A DNA stretch of 63,533 nt, counting the filler, from Octopus bimaculoides (lineage: Eukaryota): the NCBI RefSeq assembly GCF_001194135.2. It is 5 parts of 5 records of this genome, joined end to end, with 100 filler letters (N's around TTAATTAATTAA, not from the genome) between each part and the next. Parts side by side here need not be neighbours in the genome. Positions count along the whole stretch, not along the records: positions 1 to 19,458 come from NC_068985.1; 4 more parts are not named here. The stretch is one strand, 5' to 3'. Below the pieces are notes generated by a model, which did not search any database, was not told where the DNA came from, and worked only from the letters and a program-made list of their open reading frames with translations. Each line of letters starts with the position of its first letter. The first letter of the stretch is position 1. The position numbers were made by a program, and so were the translations under genes. This document shows positions 1-13,401 of this stretch, piece after piece.

Positions 1-45
<45 letters not shown>

Positions 46-225
46 GCTGTTGTTTGTTCCTTCTCGAGCCATGCCTGGCTCATAAGGCCAGTTTCCTGGT
101 TTCATTGGCATATACGTTCCCCCCACCCGTCGTAATATATGCATATATATATATAGGTTAAATAAAATGAGGCAACAAACCCAAGGCAGTGTGAAATTTC
201 TAGAAATTTTATGAAGAGAAGGGTA

Positions 226-273
226 GTCTTACACCTGTTTTATGGTTATAAAAGATATCTCATCATCAGAGAC
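226..273 (-). ncRNA. Decayed minimal type-I hammerhead ribozyme motif in a Penelope-like terminal repeat fragment
   Basis: Minus strand reads gtct-CTGATGA-(stem II remnant)-AAAAC-aggt-GTA-agac. Stem I gtct/agac is intact; GAAAC is mutated to AAAAC. Confidence 0.5.
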
Positions 274-1685
274 GATGTGAGAGAGTTAAATAGAGGAAAA
301 CAGTAAAGTTCAATATAAGAAGTTATTTTGGAAAGGGACAGCTATAGGAAGTATAAAAGGAAATATAGAAATAAAAATAAAGATATATGTTGGATGTTAA
401 ACTTACTGTTCCATTATCCAAGGGATGTGTTGTGTAGTACTGGTGATTATAAACCACCAGTAAATGTTGTTGTTACACGTAGATAGTCGTGGAACTCATA
501 TTTTGTTATTACAAATGGATAGTGCGCAGGTATTAATTCCATGTGGCGTTCATTTTGAACACCACATAATATATATACATATATATATATATANNNNNNN
601 NNNNNNNNNNNNNNNNNNNNNNNNNNNNNNNNNNNNNNNNNNNNNNNNNNNNNNNNNNNNNNNNNNNNNNNNNNNNNNNNNNNNNNNNNNNNNNNNNNNN
701 NNNNNNNNNNNNNNNNNNNNNNNNNNNNNNNNNNNNNNNNNNNNNNNNNNNNNNNNNNNNNNNNNNNNNNNNNNNNNNNNNNNNNNNNNNNNNNNNNNNN
801 NNNNNNNNNNNNNNNNNATATATATAACACCATATATGTGTGTGCGTGTGTGTGCGTGCGTAAATCATCATTAAATAATTGATATCACCTCTCCACCACA
901 TTTAGAGTTGTCCTGATTTATAAGCACCAGTAAATGTTGTTGTTACAGTCTACCCTGGTATCTTATTTACTATCACTATATATTAAAAAAAAAACCTTAA
1001 AAAAATATTCCATGCTATGTTAGTATCTCAAAACAATCTTATAAATAATTCTTGCCTGTTACGATAGGTGGAGCCACTATTTCTAGCAGGTTATTTCACC
1101 TACTAAAAATAGGGGATAGTCACAGCTGGAATGTCTTTCACCATTTGTTTTCTCTATTAATATTGACAAACAACCTACGTGAAGTTCAGGCAATTTTAAA
1201 TTTATAAATATGTTAAAATTTTTACGGTAAAACATCATTTGTTAAAGCCTAACTAAATGTGATGGCTGCTAAACCGCCCTCCCTGATAATCATTCCCACA
1301 TCTTTCCTATAAATCTAGGGAGAAAGAAGATGGTCGGATGGTGAACCCTGCTGGCCGAACACTAACTGACGTTTAAACATAAAAGCTATCCGAAACTTGA
1401 AGCAGAGGTTAAGAAGTCAGCTCACATTCCATATAAAAGAAATAACAACCTATCTATACAATAGACTTCATTAAAAAAAAACTTCTTCATATCTGTCAAG
1501 GGTCACGGCGATTGAGAAAATTTAATGATACCTGTTCATAAAACACCTTCCTATTGATGTTGCACTTGTTAGCTTCAAACAAGTGACTGAAAGTAAAAAT
1601 GTAGTCGACAGAGGTGACACGAACTCATAGCAACGTTAAAAATAATTCAATAGAGATAGACTATTGAATAGGAAAACAGGAGAAA

Positions 1686-2542
1686 TACAAGGGAAAGTCA
1701 CAAATTATATGCACCCTTGCTTCTGTAATTTATAAAAATAAAAGTAGTGATTGAACAACATCATTTTCCACATAGTCGCCTGGCTTTCCAATGCACTTCT
1801 AGTGGTCCATAAGTTTGTTTATACCATCGGAGGTTTTGGGTTGGTCGCGCAGCCATTTATGCACTGCTTAAATTCTATACTCTACCTTTTGGATTCTGGC
1901 TGGAAGTGATGGACCCAAGTCTCATATCCTGTGGCTATTCTCTCAAAAAAACTTCACTTTCATCACTGTAGCGGTTGAGTAAATGCTGACAGATCTCCAC
2001 ACATGGGCACAGATTTTACAGAAGTGAAGCTTTGTCGTAGATGATTTCGAATGCAGAACCATGACTAATTTGCAGAAAACATGCCACCTCATCGATGGTC
2101 ACTCGTCGGTTTGCCAGAACTATCTCTCAAGCTTGTTGAATCTTTATGCCAGTCGTGGAGATTGATGGGCATCCTACTCCCCATTCGTACTTCACGCTTT
2201 TCTGGCTATTTTTAAAATTCTCGATCCCCTCGTATACACTTCTGCGCGGTAGAGCGCTGTCTCCCGCATTGTACAGAAATCTTGCGATGAATTTCGGTCC
2301 CTGACACACCTCCAGAACAGAGAAATCGAATCACTGCTCTCTGTCCTCCTTTAGTGTACACTGCAAGGGAAGCAGCCATATTTACTCTGTAACACAAGAA
2401 AGAAAAGCGAAGTGATCAAAGTTGAACCTGGGTTACGTAGCCACAAGATTACCACATTTTAGCACGTGACCACTGATGGCAATGAGGCCAACCTAAAGAA
2501 AGTCATGGCGAAAGTGCGGGTAATTTTTGACTTCCCCAAGTA
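1686..2542 (-). mobile_element. Internally deleted mariner (Tc1/mariner) DNA transposon
   Basis: 29-bp terminal inverted repeats beginning with TA (TACAAGGGAAAGTCACAAATTATATGCAC at 1686; reverse complement of the right end TACTTGGGGAAGTCAAAAATTACCCGCAC; 22/29 match). Frameshifted transposase pieces: QRAVIRFL, ALPRRSVYEGIENFKN, WVHHFQPESKR, and C-terminal HKWLRDQPK / GDYVE. Confidence 0.88.
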
Positions 2543-3806
2543 GTACTCCCTACACGTGATAGTGGGTACTACTAGATATACACGCGCACACAAATATATA
2601 CATCCGATGGTCTCTTTTCAGTTTCTGTCTACCATATCCATTCATTAGGATGTTGTTGGCCCGGGCTGCAGTAGAACACTTGCCTATGGTGTAGTGCAAT
2701 GAGACTGAAACCGAAACCACGTGGCTGGGAAGCAAACTCCCAACCGCACAGCTCTACTCTCTCACATTATGTGTGTTTATGCGTGCGTGCGCGCGCGTGT
2801 GTGTGTGTGTGTGTGGTATAGTATATATATATACATAGATGTACGTACTGTAAATATCTATACATATTGTAAAACAACTATACATAAAAACAGTTAAACA
2901 TGTAAAACATACACACTATATAATATATATACATATTATATATACATACATTAGATGTAAATATTAGAAAATATTGTCATCTGCAACATTGAATGACTGC
3001 TGATTATGCCTATTGTAAAATCTCATAGGAAATTCACCGGAATGATTTTCTATGATTTCTCCAAGCTCACACAAAGAATATAATTTGATATTTTAAGATA
3101 AAGATGTATTATTTAATCAAGTCCATTCTACCCCGGGTAACATTTAATTCAACAGACCGTAAAGCTAAATGTATCGAGTTATGATACACGTCGCTCGTAC
3201 ACCAGACACAGCTTCTACCACAATTGTCATTCTTTCAATCAATATAGTTTCTCATAACTGGAATGTCTTCCAGTGAATTAAACCGAGTTGCTTTTTCTTT
3301 TCTTTCTCGAGGGAGTTGTATTTTATAATGAATAAGCACCACATCCGCACACAAATACACACATCTACACACGCACACATATTCACACCCATATAATCAC
3401 ATATATACACTCGTTACAACAAACTACGATGTGCGTGGAAGTGTTGTTGATTGCAAAATAGAAGAAAATGAATTAATATTTCTCCCTAAACACTGTTTTT
3501 CAGTAACTCATCGAGATTAACATGTCTTATGAATAAAGTCGATAAATCTCGTGTATTGAATGATAATGACTAACTGTCTTCGTTGAAGAACGTCATTCAT
3601 TGACTGTCAAACTCCTTCTGAATAAATTCCCAAACAAATCGACCAATGAACTAACATCAACACAAAATTGATCAAATATCGTTGAAACTTTGTCCGATTT
3701 CAGTGTAGGAAAGTTACTTAAGTACTTGAACTATGTTCAAAATTTCGAAGTTTTCAATTTTATTTTCATTTAACTTACATGGAACAACTTATTGCTTTTG
3801 CCATTG

Positions 3807-3855
<49 letters not shown>

Positions 3856-6581
3856 ATCATCATCATCATATCATCATCATCATCATTTTCATCATCATTA
3901 TTACTATTTGGTGATCCCAGTCGAAACAGACCTCTTCTTAGGGCTAACAAACCTAAGTCTCTTGACTATGTCATTAGAATAGAGGACTTTACAAGATCTA
4001 CCACCAGGTGACCAAGGTCCCCTATAGAAATTAACTCATCTTTTACTTTAGTGACCAGTGATACGAATCCCGTGATGTGAGTGCTAAAGTCCCATAAATT
4101 TATTTTGATGTTCTATTTGTGTTCCACGCAATATTTTTTCCTACGTATAAGTGGAGTGTAACAAACTTTTAGTAGACTGTAATGTCTTTTGGGGTGTGTC
4201 TCTCCAAAGATGAACTTTCTTCAACAGAAAATATCGTCCACAACTACTCTAAAAGATGAAGGAGGCATTAGTTGATGTAGTTTTAGAAATATTATGCCTG
4301 AATAAAAGAATGAGTGGACTCATCTAGGAGGTTTTATATTGAAAACTCATTTTATTGATTTAATACATCAAATTTGTGTCAACCAAATCTAAAATATAAC
4401 AATGTAGTATTTTACGTTGAGGTTAAACCAATGAAATGACATAGTTATGCAAGGTAAGCTGTTATTCATGTTTGTAGCTGAGCCAAACAGTCAGTAGTCC
4501 TGGCTATCATCGTTTGTTCGTTAAACTATTTTGTTTCCAGCAATGAATCACATAAAGCAAATTACTAAACATATAATTTAACAGTAAGTCGAGGTCACAC
4601 GCGAAAACTCATGCTTTCAGAACTAATATTAAGCTATCAAATGTTGAGACCTGTTACATTCGATACCGTAATATTAGTTCGGGATGTATCGTTTGTGCAT
4701 GACTATGTTACTTTTTACTGGTGTCTCAAATATTAGATTTACTCCCAGATGTAGATTACAGCAGGTATTTCAGTGAACAAATATAAAGGCGCACCCAGCT
4801 ATTGTATTACTGATGGTGAGTAAGGAAGAATGATTATATATATCTTCGTATTATTATATGAAAGTTATATTTGAAAAAAAAGACGAATCTGTTTGAAGAC
4901 AATAATTTTATGGCAAATTTCACTGTTATGTTTTCTTTTTTAATTTATCAAGATGACATATTTTTCGTTTATGCAAGATGTAAAAATGAGGTCATAAAGT
5001 TCTCCTGTGACTTTATTCACTTTTGATATATAATATTCGCATGAAGCTTATCAGTTTCATGGTGGATGTTGTAAGTATGAACATGATACTTAAAGCCTTT
5101 AGAGTTTTAATATTTAGTGCAAACACGATAGAATGGATCCGCAATAGTTTTAGCTAAATTCCTCCATAAACTATGAATTGTCAACCAATTAATGCACCAT
5201 TGTACATTAATTGACACACTTTTGCATGTTATCTGTGAGACAGACAGAAAATGGAAAAGAGCAGCCTGGATGAATAGTTGGGGGAAAACATGGTAAAGAA
5301 GAGAGCTACTCGGCTACGAGATTGCTAACGTGTAGGTGAGCTATTTCAGTCGATAATGAGCTTCTTGTGTGTGTTTTTCCCTAGTAAGTAACAAACGCTG
5401 ACACATAAAATGTCCGACAAGTCTACCCATTTACTTCGATAAGCTTAACCCACTGGAGTAAGTGAGCAGCAAGTATTCCACGTGTCTGACCAATTCGACA
5501 CAATCAGTTCAGTTTAATTCGATTTTCCATTGAATGTCCAGAAGACGAATAAGAAATTATTCAGTGTCTTATGCTCTTCACACGTAGGAGCTATATAGCT
5601 CTACAGACAACATTTATGAAACTTCCTCTGTACCTAGTATCTTTGTCTCGAAATTAAATTTCTAAACCAATGTTATTCATTTTAACTATGAAAAATCTGA
5701 CAAAAAAAATTAATAAACTCAGCAGAAACCTAGTATTTATCTTACTGAGAACACATTACGTATTTCTTGGAAACTGACATTATTAACAAATCTTTTATTT
5801 TTACTCAAATTTACGATTTCTTTATACATAATAGTTGTAAATTACTAAAACTCTTGTAATTTCTTCTGCAGTCTATTTTTAAAAGCGATGTTGATGCTGC
5901 CATATTTGATGTAGTAAATCAAGATATTTTATATTAAAATTGATTATCAAAATTAGTAATTAGTGTTGATGATGATATTAAAAAGACAGTTTGGGTAAAA
6001 AACTGGAAAGTAGTACTTTTCTTTGATGTGTCAGGATGTGTGATGGACGAGGTTCTGCCGTGCTGTTCTGTATCTCCGCTGCTATTTCTTGATATTTGCT
6101 CTGACTGGTGATCTCTTATTTTTACCCCATATAAATCCGCCTACTCTAGCCTTTTAAGGATAGGGGTTTTCCTCTCTGGTCAAGACTTTATCAACTCCAA
6201 GTGCCACTCAAAGTGGAGGGGAAGAAAGTGTAGAGCGGCCAACCAAAGCGTTTGTTTTCGAATTGTTGGTGAGAACAGCGAGAACACCGTAGCTAGTTGA
6301 GTGTATATAGGAGGAGGAAACTGGATGGCAGAATGAACTGGGACTTTATATAAAGTTTTCCCCTGAATTAATCTACATGGCTTTTCCTGCCTATTGAGGA
6401 CTCCTCTCGTTGACTTTTTTTTTATTATCGATTATCTTTGTTGATTTCACGTTCTTTCTTATCTATCTACTGACTGTAATGTCTCCGGTTGTTGTAGAAG
6501 TCATTGTGCGGTGAAAGTTGATGTGAAGCAGTATTGTTGAAGAGTCGTAAAAATTACTTTGCAGCATTTGTTCCTGTATTT

Positions 6582-6733
6582 TACAATCTGAGTTCAAATT
6601 CCACAAAGTCGGCTTTGTCTTGCCTCCTGTCAGGATCGATAAAATAAGTACCGGTCTGGTACTAGGATCGATGTAATAGACTACATCCCCCACCGCACCA
6701 AAATTTCAGGCTTTGTTTCTATAGTAGCAAGAA
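6582..6733 (+). mobile_element. SINE family 2, partial degenerate copy
   Basis: CTGAGTTCAAATTCC B-box segment and GATAAAATAAGTACC core, shared with the 57650 copy. Confidence 0.7.
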
Positions 6734-7756
6734 TTGTTACTACTATTATGTTTTGGTTTTGCTTTAATCTATATGAGTTGCACCGGTCTCAACCAGAGAC
6801 TGCTACCATCACCCACTCGATACAAGTCTCATCAGTCTTATTCTACTGATGAAGAAATGTGTTCCAATGAAACTACTGATGCTATGGAAGGGAGCACGAG
6901 AAAAATTCCAAAGTGGCCATCCATTCTGAAAGAAAGTTCACAACGATATTTAACTCTTTAGTCTTCAGATTACTCTGTCAAATGCAATACTTACTTTTTG
7001 TCGTTCATTGCTCGAAATAAAGAGTAGAAGGACAGCCAACAACTGATGGAGAGTCGTTTTTGATGTTACTTGTCTTATTTTCCATTGTTTCTCTCGTTCT
7101 TTGCGTACTCAGCGTTATTTACGTATTTCATGTTGTTTACATTTTGTGACGTCCTGTACACATATATGCATACCTATATAGACATACCTATATAGATACA
7201 TATGTATGTATATACATATATANNNNNNNNNNNNNNNNNNNNNNNNNNNNNNNNNNNNNNNNNNNNNNNNNNNNNNNNNNNNNNNNNNNNNNNNNNNNNN
7301 NNNNNNNNNNNNNNNNNNNNNNNNNNNNNNNNNNNNNNNNNNNNNNNNNNNNNNNNNNNNNNNNNNNNNNNNNNNNNNNNNNNNNNNNNNNNNNNNNNNN
7401 NNNNNNNNNNNNNNNNNNNNNNNNNNNNNNNNNNNNNNNNNNNNNNNNNNNNNNNNNNNNNNNNNNNNNNNNNNNNNNNNNNNNNNNNNNNNNNNNNNNN
7501 NNNNNNNNNNNNNNNNNNNNNNNNNNNNNNNNNNNNNNNNNNNNNNNNNNNNNNNNNNNNNNNNNNNNNNNNNNNNNNNNNNNNNNNNNNNNNNNNNNNN
7601 NNNNNNNNNNNNNNNNNNNNNNNNNNNNNNNNNNNNNNNNNNNNNNNNNNNNNNNNNNNNNNNNNNNNNNNNNNNNNNNNNNNNNNNNNNNNNNNNNNNN
7701 NNNNNNNNNNNNNNNNNNNNNNNNNNNNNNNNNNNNNNNNNNNNNNNNNNNNNNNN

Positions 7757-8065
7757 GAAATTAACGTGCAAGTGACTGAGCACTCCACTGACACGTGTAC
7801 CCTTAACGTAGTTCTCGGAGATATTCAGCGTGACACAGTGTGACAAGGCTGACCCTTTGAATTACAGGCACAACAGAAACAGGAAGTAAGAGTGAGAGAA
7901 AGTTGTGGTGAAATAGTACAGCAGGGTTCGCCACCATCCCCTGCCGGAGCCTCGTGAAGCTTTAGGTGTTTTCGCTCAATAAACACTCACAACGCCCGGT
8001 CTCGGAATCGAAACCGCGATCCTATGACCGCGTGTCCGCTGCCCTAACCACTGGGTCATTGCGCC
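7757..8065 (-). mobile_element. tRNA-headed SINE family 3 (3' end lost in gap)
   Basis: Minus strand starts GGCGCAATGACCCAGTGGTTAGGGC (A box) then GGTTTCGATTCC (B box). Body matches 38264-38505. Confidence 0.85.
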
Positions 8066-8330
8066 TCTACATGTATATATACATACATATAAATTAGAAA
8101 TGGAAACTAAAACAATAAATTAGACAATTAAATAATTTAATCATTAAATGATAAAGTCAATTTAATTGATTTATTTTATACAAACAAATGACACATCTCA
8201 TAAATTACTGCTGCTTCCATTCCATTAATAAAAACAAGAATAATAAGATACCGTTTAAATATAATGAAGTTTCATCAGATCGACATATCTGCTCAAAATA
8301 TCTATATATTTGTGTGTCAGTGCTTGCCTT

Positions 8331-8519
8331 CCACCACCATCGCTTGACAACCAATGTTGGTGCGTTTACGTCACCGTAAATTAACCGTTCGGCAAAAGAT
8401 CCCAATAGAATAAGTACTACGCTTACAAAAAATAAGTCCTGAGTCGATTTCTTTTTCGACTAAAGGCGATGCTCTAGCATGGGCGCAGTCGAATGACTGA
8501 AACAAGTCAAAGAATAAAA
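8331..8519 (+). mobile_element. SINE family 1, 3' half
   Basis: CCACCACCATCGCTTGACAACC...AATGACTGAAACAAG matches the 3' half of the 62526-62903 copy. Confidence 0.8.
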
Positions 8520-8552
8520 CAGTAAAAGAATATATAAGCATGTATATATATG

Positions 8553-8586
<34 letters not shown>

Positions 8587-8675
8587 CAATTAAATAATTT
8601 AATCATTAAATGATAAAGTCAATTTAATTGATTTATTTTATACAAACAAATGACACATCTCATAGGAGATGGAGT

Positions 8676-8855
8676 GGCGTAGGAGTGGCTGTGTGGTAAG
8701 TAGCTTGCTTACCAACCACATGGTCCCGGGTTCAGTCCCACTGCGTGGCATCTTGGGCAAGTGTCTTCTACTATAGCCTCGGGCCGACCAAAGCCTTGTG
8801 AGTGGATTTGGTAGACGGAAACTGAAAGAAGCCTGTCGTATATATGTATATATAT
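8676..8855 (+). mobile_element. tRNA-headed SINE family 1, 5' half
   Basis: A-box-like TGGCTGTGTGG and B-box-like GGTTCAGTCCC; matches the 5' half of 62526-62903; runs into (TA)n and a gap. Confidence 0.85.
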
Positions 8856-9728
8856 NNNNNNNNNNNNNNNNNNNNNNNNNNNNNNNNNNNNNNNNNNNNN
8901 NNNNNNNNNNNNNNNNNNNNNNNNNNNNNNNNNNNNNNNNNNNNNNNNNNNNNNNNNNNNNNNNNNNNNNNNNNNNNNNNNNNNNNNNNNNNNNNNNNNN
9001 NNNNNNNNNNNNNNNNNNNNNNNNNNNNNNNNNNNNNNNNNNNNNNNNNNNNNNNNNNNNNNNNNNNNNNNNNNNNNNNNNNNNNNNNNNNNNNNNNNNN
9101 NNNNNNNNNNNNNNNNNNNNNNNNNNNNNNNNNNNNNNNNNNNNNNNNNNNNNNNNNNNNNNNNNNNNNNNNNNNNNNNNNNNNNNNNNNNNNNNNNNNN
9201 NNNNNNNNNNNNNNNNNNNNNNNNNNNNNNNNNNNNNNNNNNNNNNNNNNNNNNNNNNNNNNNNNNNNNNNNNNNNNNNNNNNNNNNNNNNNNNNNNNNN
9301 NNNNNNNNNNNNNNNNNNNNNNNNNNNNNNNNNNNNNNNNNNNNNNNNNNNNNNNNNNNNNNNNNNNNNNNNNNNNNNNNNNNNNNNNNNNNNNNNNNNN
9401 NNNNNNNNNNNNNNNNNNNNNNNNNNNNNNNNNNNNNNNNNNNNNNNNNNNNNNNNNNNNNNNNNNNNNNNNNNNNNNNNNNNNNNNNNNNNNNNNNNNN
9501 NNNNNNNNNNNNNNNNNNNNNNNNNNNNNNNNNNNNNNNNNNNNNNNNNNNNNNNNNNNNNNNNNNNNNNNNNNNNNNNNNNNNNNNNNNNNNNNNNNNN
9601 NNNNNNNNNNNNNNNNNNNNNNNNNNNNNNNNNNNNNNNNNNNNNNNNNNNNNNNNNNNNNNNNNNNNNNNNNNNNNNNNNNNNNNNNNNNNNNNNNNNN
9701 NNNNNNNNNNNNNNNNNNNNNTATATAT

Positions 9729-9816
9729 CCTTTTATGTCTCAGTCATTTGACTCTGGGCATGCTGGAGCACCGCCTTTAGTTGAACAAATTGACCGCAGG
9801 ACTTATTCTTTGTAAG
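9729..9816 (-). mobile_element. SINE family 1, 3' fragment
   Basis: Reverse complement of the family 1 tail (CAGTCATTTGAC...GCTGGAGCACCGCCTTTAG). Confidence 0.7.
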
Positions 9817-10246
9817 CAAAAGAAAGATGGACGGTGGTCACGTGTGAGCAACGTGAGAGAGGAAAAAGAGAAAGACGGGGAGAGAGAGAGACAGCTAGAA
9901 AACGGTCAAGGGGAGAAAAAGGGAATGAGAGAAGGATGGGAAAGAAAACAGTATAGAGTAGATTCACATCAAAAAGATTAAGATAGACTAATTTGGAAAT
10001 GGATGCGTGACGTTCCATTAAATAAGTAATATATATGTGTGTGTATATATATATTTGCATATATGGATACAGGACGTCACCAATTGCGTAAACAACATGA
10101 GTGCGAAAACAAACGAGTTAAATACGCAAACAACGATATACATATATATGTATATATATATACATGATGTATGTATATATATGTGTATATATATGTGTGT
10201 ATTTATATATATATACACACATATACATATATATGTATATATAAAC

Positions 10247-10308
<62 letters not shown>

Positions 10309-11039
10309 TTCGTGGTAACCTAAATGTATAAATGTATATATACATGTGTGTGTGTGTGTTTGTATTTGCGTGTGTGTGTGAGTGTGTGTGTGTGTGTGGG
10401 AAGTCTTCTATCATATTGTTAAGCAGACCTTGTGAGTAGATTTGGTAGATGGAAACTGAAATAAGACCTCTGTATGTATGAATGAATGCGTGTACATGTA
10501 CATGTGTGCGTGCGTGTGTGCGTGTGTGTGTATGTGTGTGTATATACGCGTACATGCATTATGTGGACGATACTTTCAACCAATTCCTTACAACCGTATC
10601 TGATTTTTCAAATACTTCAATCCATTGTATGCACCTATATTTACTATTTGCTTCAATGTCCTGTCCCTTTGCATTGATGCGCCATTTTATATAATCAATA
10701 GAACTGTCGGCATTTTTGCCGACACGGGTCTGCTAGTTTTATGGTAATATATGGTAGATTATTTAAGGCTTCTTTTAACTTTTCTTTCGAGAGAAATGTT
10801 TCTTCAATTTTTCGTACGGAAAGATTTTATGGCATTAGTGAATCATCGGTGTGTTACAACAATGAGAAAATTTCTCAAAAATGGAAGTTCCCTTTTTATC
10901 CCCAATTAAGATAGCTTTACTTAAGATAGGATACAAAATATACGTTGACCTGGGAGTGGTCTAGATGCCTGTTCACTTGCTCACGACATTGCGTCAGTAG
11001 ATGTAGATAAGAAGAGAAGGATGCAATTGATAATTTCTG

Positions 11040-12520
11040 ACCCATACTTCAAACAAATGCAGAATATAAAGTTTTAGACGAAAGCGTTAGCCAAGTGGTA
11101 GGCTCTTGTTGATAATGTGGTCAAGAAAACGCAGATCTATACAACACGGAAAGATCTGTCCACGATCAACTTAGCTTCAAGCGATTCGTCGTTGAGGGAG
11201 TAGGTAAGAAATCTGATTTCTATTGAGCTCTGTTCAAGTTGGATCAAAGGAAAGCATTCGATGGGGTCGAGCTTCGTAACTTGGCAGCTGTTTTTAAGAA
11301 AACCTGTATTGATTCCATTTCGTGAAGCTGTATTATTTCTATGTACCGCAATATCTGATCTATGATTAAGCTAACTGACTACTTGTCTGATTCTGGTATT
11401 GATATTTTCTGGGTCGTTCATATGCCTATCTACAATGGTAATGTGTCAATAACTTTATAGATGTGGTTGCGTATCAGTTGTGCCAAATACAAATACTGTG
11501 ATAGTCACATGCTTTGCAATTCCTTAGCTTTTTAGCTAGCTTTCTCATCATTATAATCATATAGCATTACTGTATTAATTAAAACATTCTTGTCATGGAA
11601 AGTTATATTAGGCTTATGAGAGCTTAGATTACTTATTTGTTTAATGTGAAAAAGGCATGTTCCACTTGTACCAGGATCGATAAGCTACCAACACCCTCTA
11701 CGCGGAGGGTTCAGTATAATGTGTCTAATAAAGCATAGTTATACGATGGAGCTGCGGCATATGTAGATATAACTGAGCAGGGAGAAAGGCTGCAGTATAT
11801 GTAGAAATAACTGAGCAGGAGAGAATTATGCTTATATATGTATATTGTACGTAAGGCTAGTTTTCTCGCAGCTAGTTTCTCCGATGGAGCTCCTGTCTTG
11901 AGTTAAGCTAAGACCAAATTTAGGCATCTGACATCAGGAATGTTCTCACGCGCTCAAAGTCTGTAAGAGCCGGATAATGCGTCAATCGTTACATTTTTGT
12001 AGGGGATTAGTGATGGATAAAAGCGACAACATTCCAAAGGAAAGTCTGGAAGTCGACTGGGACGAAGAATAGCCGATTCCACAGAATTTTTCAGCTTGGT
12101 GTACGATAGATAACTTCCAGAGATTCTTCACCTGCCAATGCACCAGGGTTGCACTGGCAGTTCGAGGGGGAAAAACAAAAAAATCTCTATAAGTGCGATA
12201 GGACCATATTTGTCTAAGATGTGCATACAGCGTCGAAATTGCTCTTCGTCCACTCGGTTGGGACCCAAGTATTGCTGGCCTGTGGAGTTATTTCAAACTA
12301 CTGTTGTGTGTAGGATGAATCTAGCTATCGACCGAATTCCTCAAGAATATCACATCCCCACATTCTTTTGGCGTAGAAGGACAGGCAGGTTTCCTCTGCC
12401 TACGGTCACAGTCAACGAGATTGTATGGTGGACAAAGCTGAAATCACGAAAGACATCCACTTACCTCTTCGGTTTGGCCCTTCTCAACTTTTAAGTTCAT
12501 TTTGGAAATACTGGTGGATT
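11040..12520 (+). mobile_element. Degenerate L1/Tx1-clade LINE ORF2 relic (RT N-terminal part and C-terminal cysteine-rich part)
   Basis: Stop-interrupted translation SVHDQLSFKRFVVEGVGKK...ALFKLDQRKAFDGVELRNLAAVF (RT LD..KAFD.V motif) at ~11155-11300. Later DNFQRFFTCQ..ALAVR, ICLRC, FLCL and NEIVWWTKLK at ~12100-12490. Clade assignment is from memory. Confidence 0.6.
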
Positions 12521-12542
12521 TGCTGAATATTATTTTTATTAA

Positions 12543-12986
12543 GTGAGAGAACAGTGCATGCCATCAAAATGATGCTAGGATACAAATATACGAAGCCCAA
12601 TATACCCATCATGACTAACCGCCTGAAAAGCGTACATCAGGCACATGCATCACTACCATATGTGCGCGATGTGGTGATCTCATATCAAGATGAACAGCGT
12701 TTGACTTTGCAAGTGGGGACCAATTAGAATTTTCTTTAGGTCGAGTAGCCTATACCGCTCAAAAGGTCCCTGGATAAGGGTTGTTTATCCTCACCACTAC
12801 TCCTGCTCGTGATCAGAGATGCACGTATCATCAGCCACTAAGGGTTACGATCAAGTAACTGACAAGCAAATCTGAGGTATTGAGCGTATATTTGTTGTAG
12901 CCCATCTTTTACACCAAGATAATAACACTTTCAATCTGTACAGATCAGAAGCCATAAGAGCCACTGCCTTGTACTGCATCAAGGCA
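12543..12986 (-). mobile_element. Family A non-coding retroposon, copy 1 (internal deletion of ~100 bp)
   Basis: Homologous to 13402-13945 and 17100-17654 with the same 5' end; flanked by ATT/GTT repeats. Confidence 0.85.
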
Positions 12987-13055
12987 ATTGTTACCATTAT
13001 TATTGTTGTTGTTGTTGTTATCTTCATCATCGTCATCATCATCATCATTATTATT

Positions 13056-13132
<77 letters not shown>

Positions 13133-13134
13133 AA

Positions 13135-13351
13135 GGCAGCTAACTGACAGAATAGTTGGCAGGCTGGGCGAAATGCTTGATAGTATTTCGTCTGTCTTCA
13201 CGTTCTGGTTTCAATTTCCGCCGAGGTCGACTTTACCTTTAATCCTCGCTGCGTCGATAAAATAAGTACTAGTTGAACACTGGGGTGGATATGATCAACT
13301 TACCCTCTACCCCTGAACTTGCTGGCATTATGTCAAAATTTGAAATGATCA
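13135..13351 (+). mobile_element. SINE family 2 copy
   Basis: GGCAGCTAACTGACAGAA head, GAGGTCGACTTT, GTCGATAAAATAAGTAC core; ends in (ATT)n. Confidence 0.8.
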
Positions 13352-13357
13352 TTATTA

Positions 13358-13401
<44 letters not shown>

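Noticed and set aside
7990-8065. tRNA genes at SINE heads (also 8676, 57650, 62526)
   Set aside because: A/B boxes continue into repeated SINE bodies; no complete cloverleaf was evident.
12030-12500. BEL/Pao RNase H (DWDEE..PIP)
   Set aside because: Surrounding motifs (DNFQR, C..C, EIVWWT) and the upstream LDQ.KAFD segment fit an L1/Tx1 ORF2 better.
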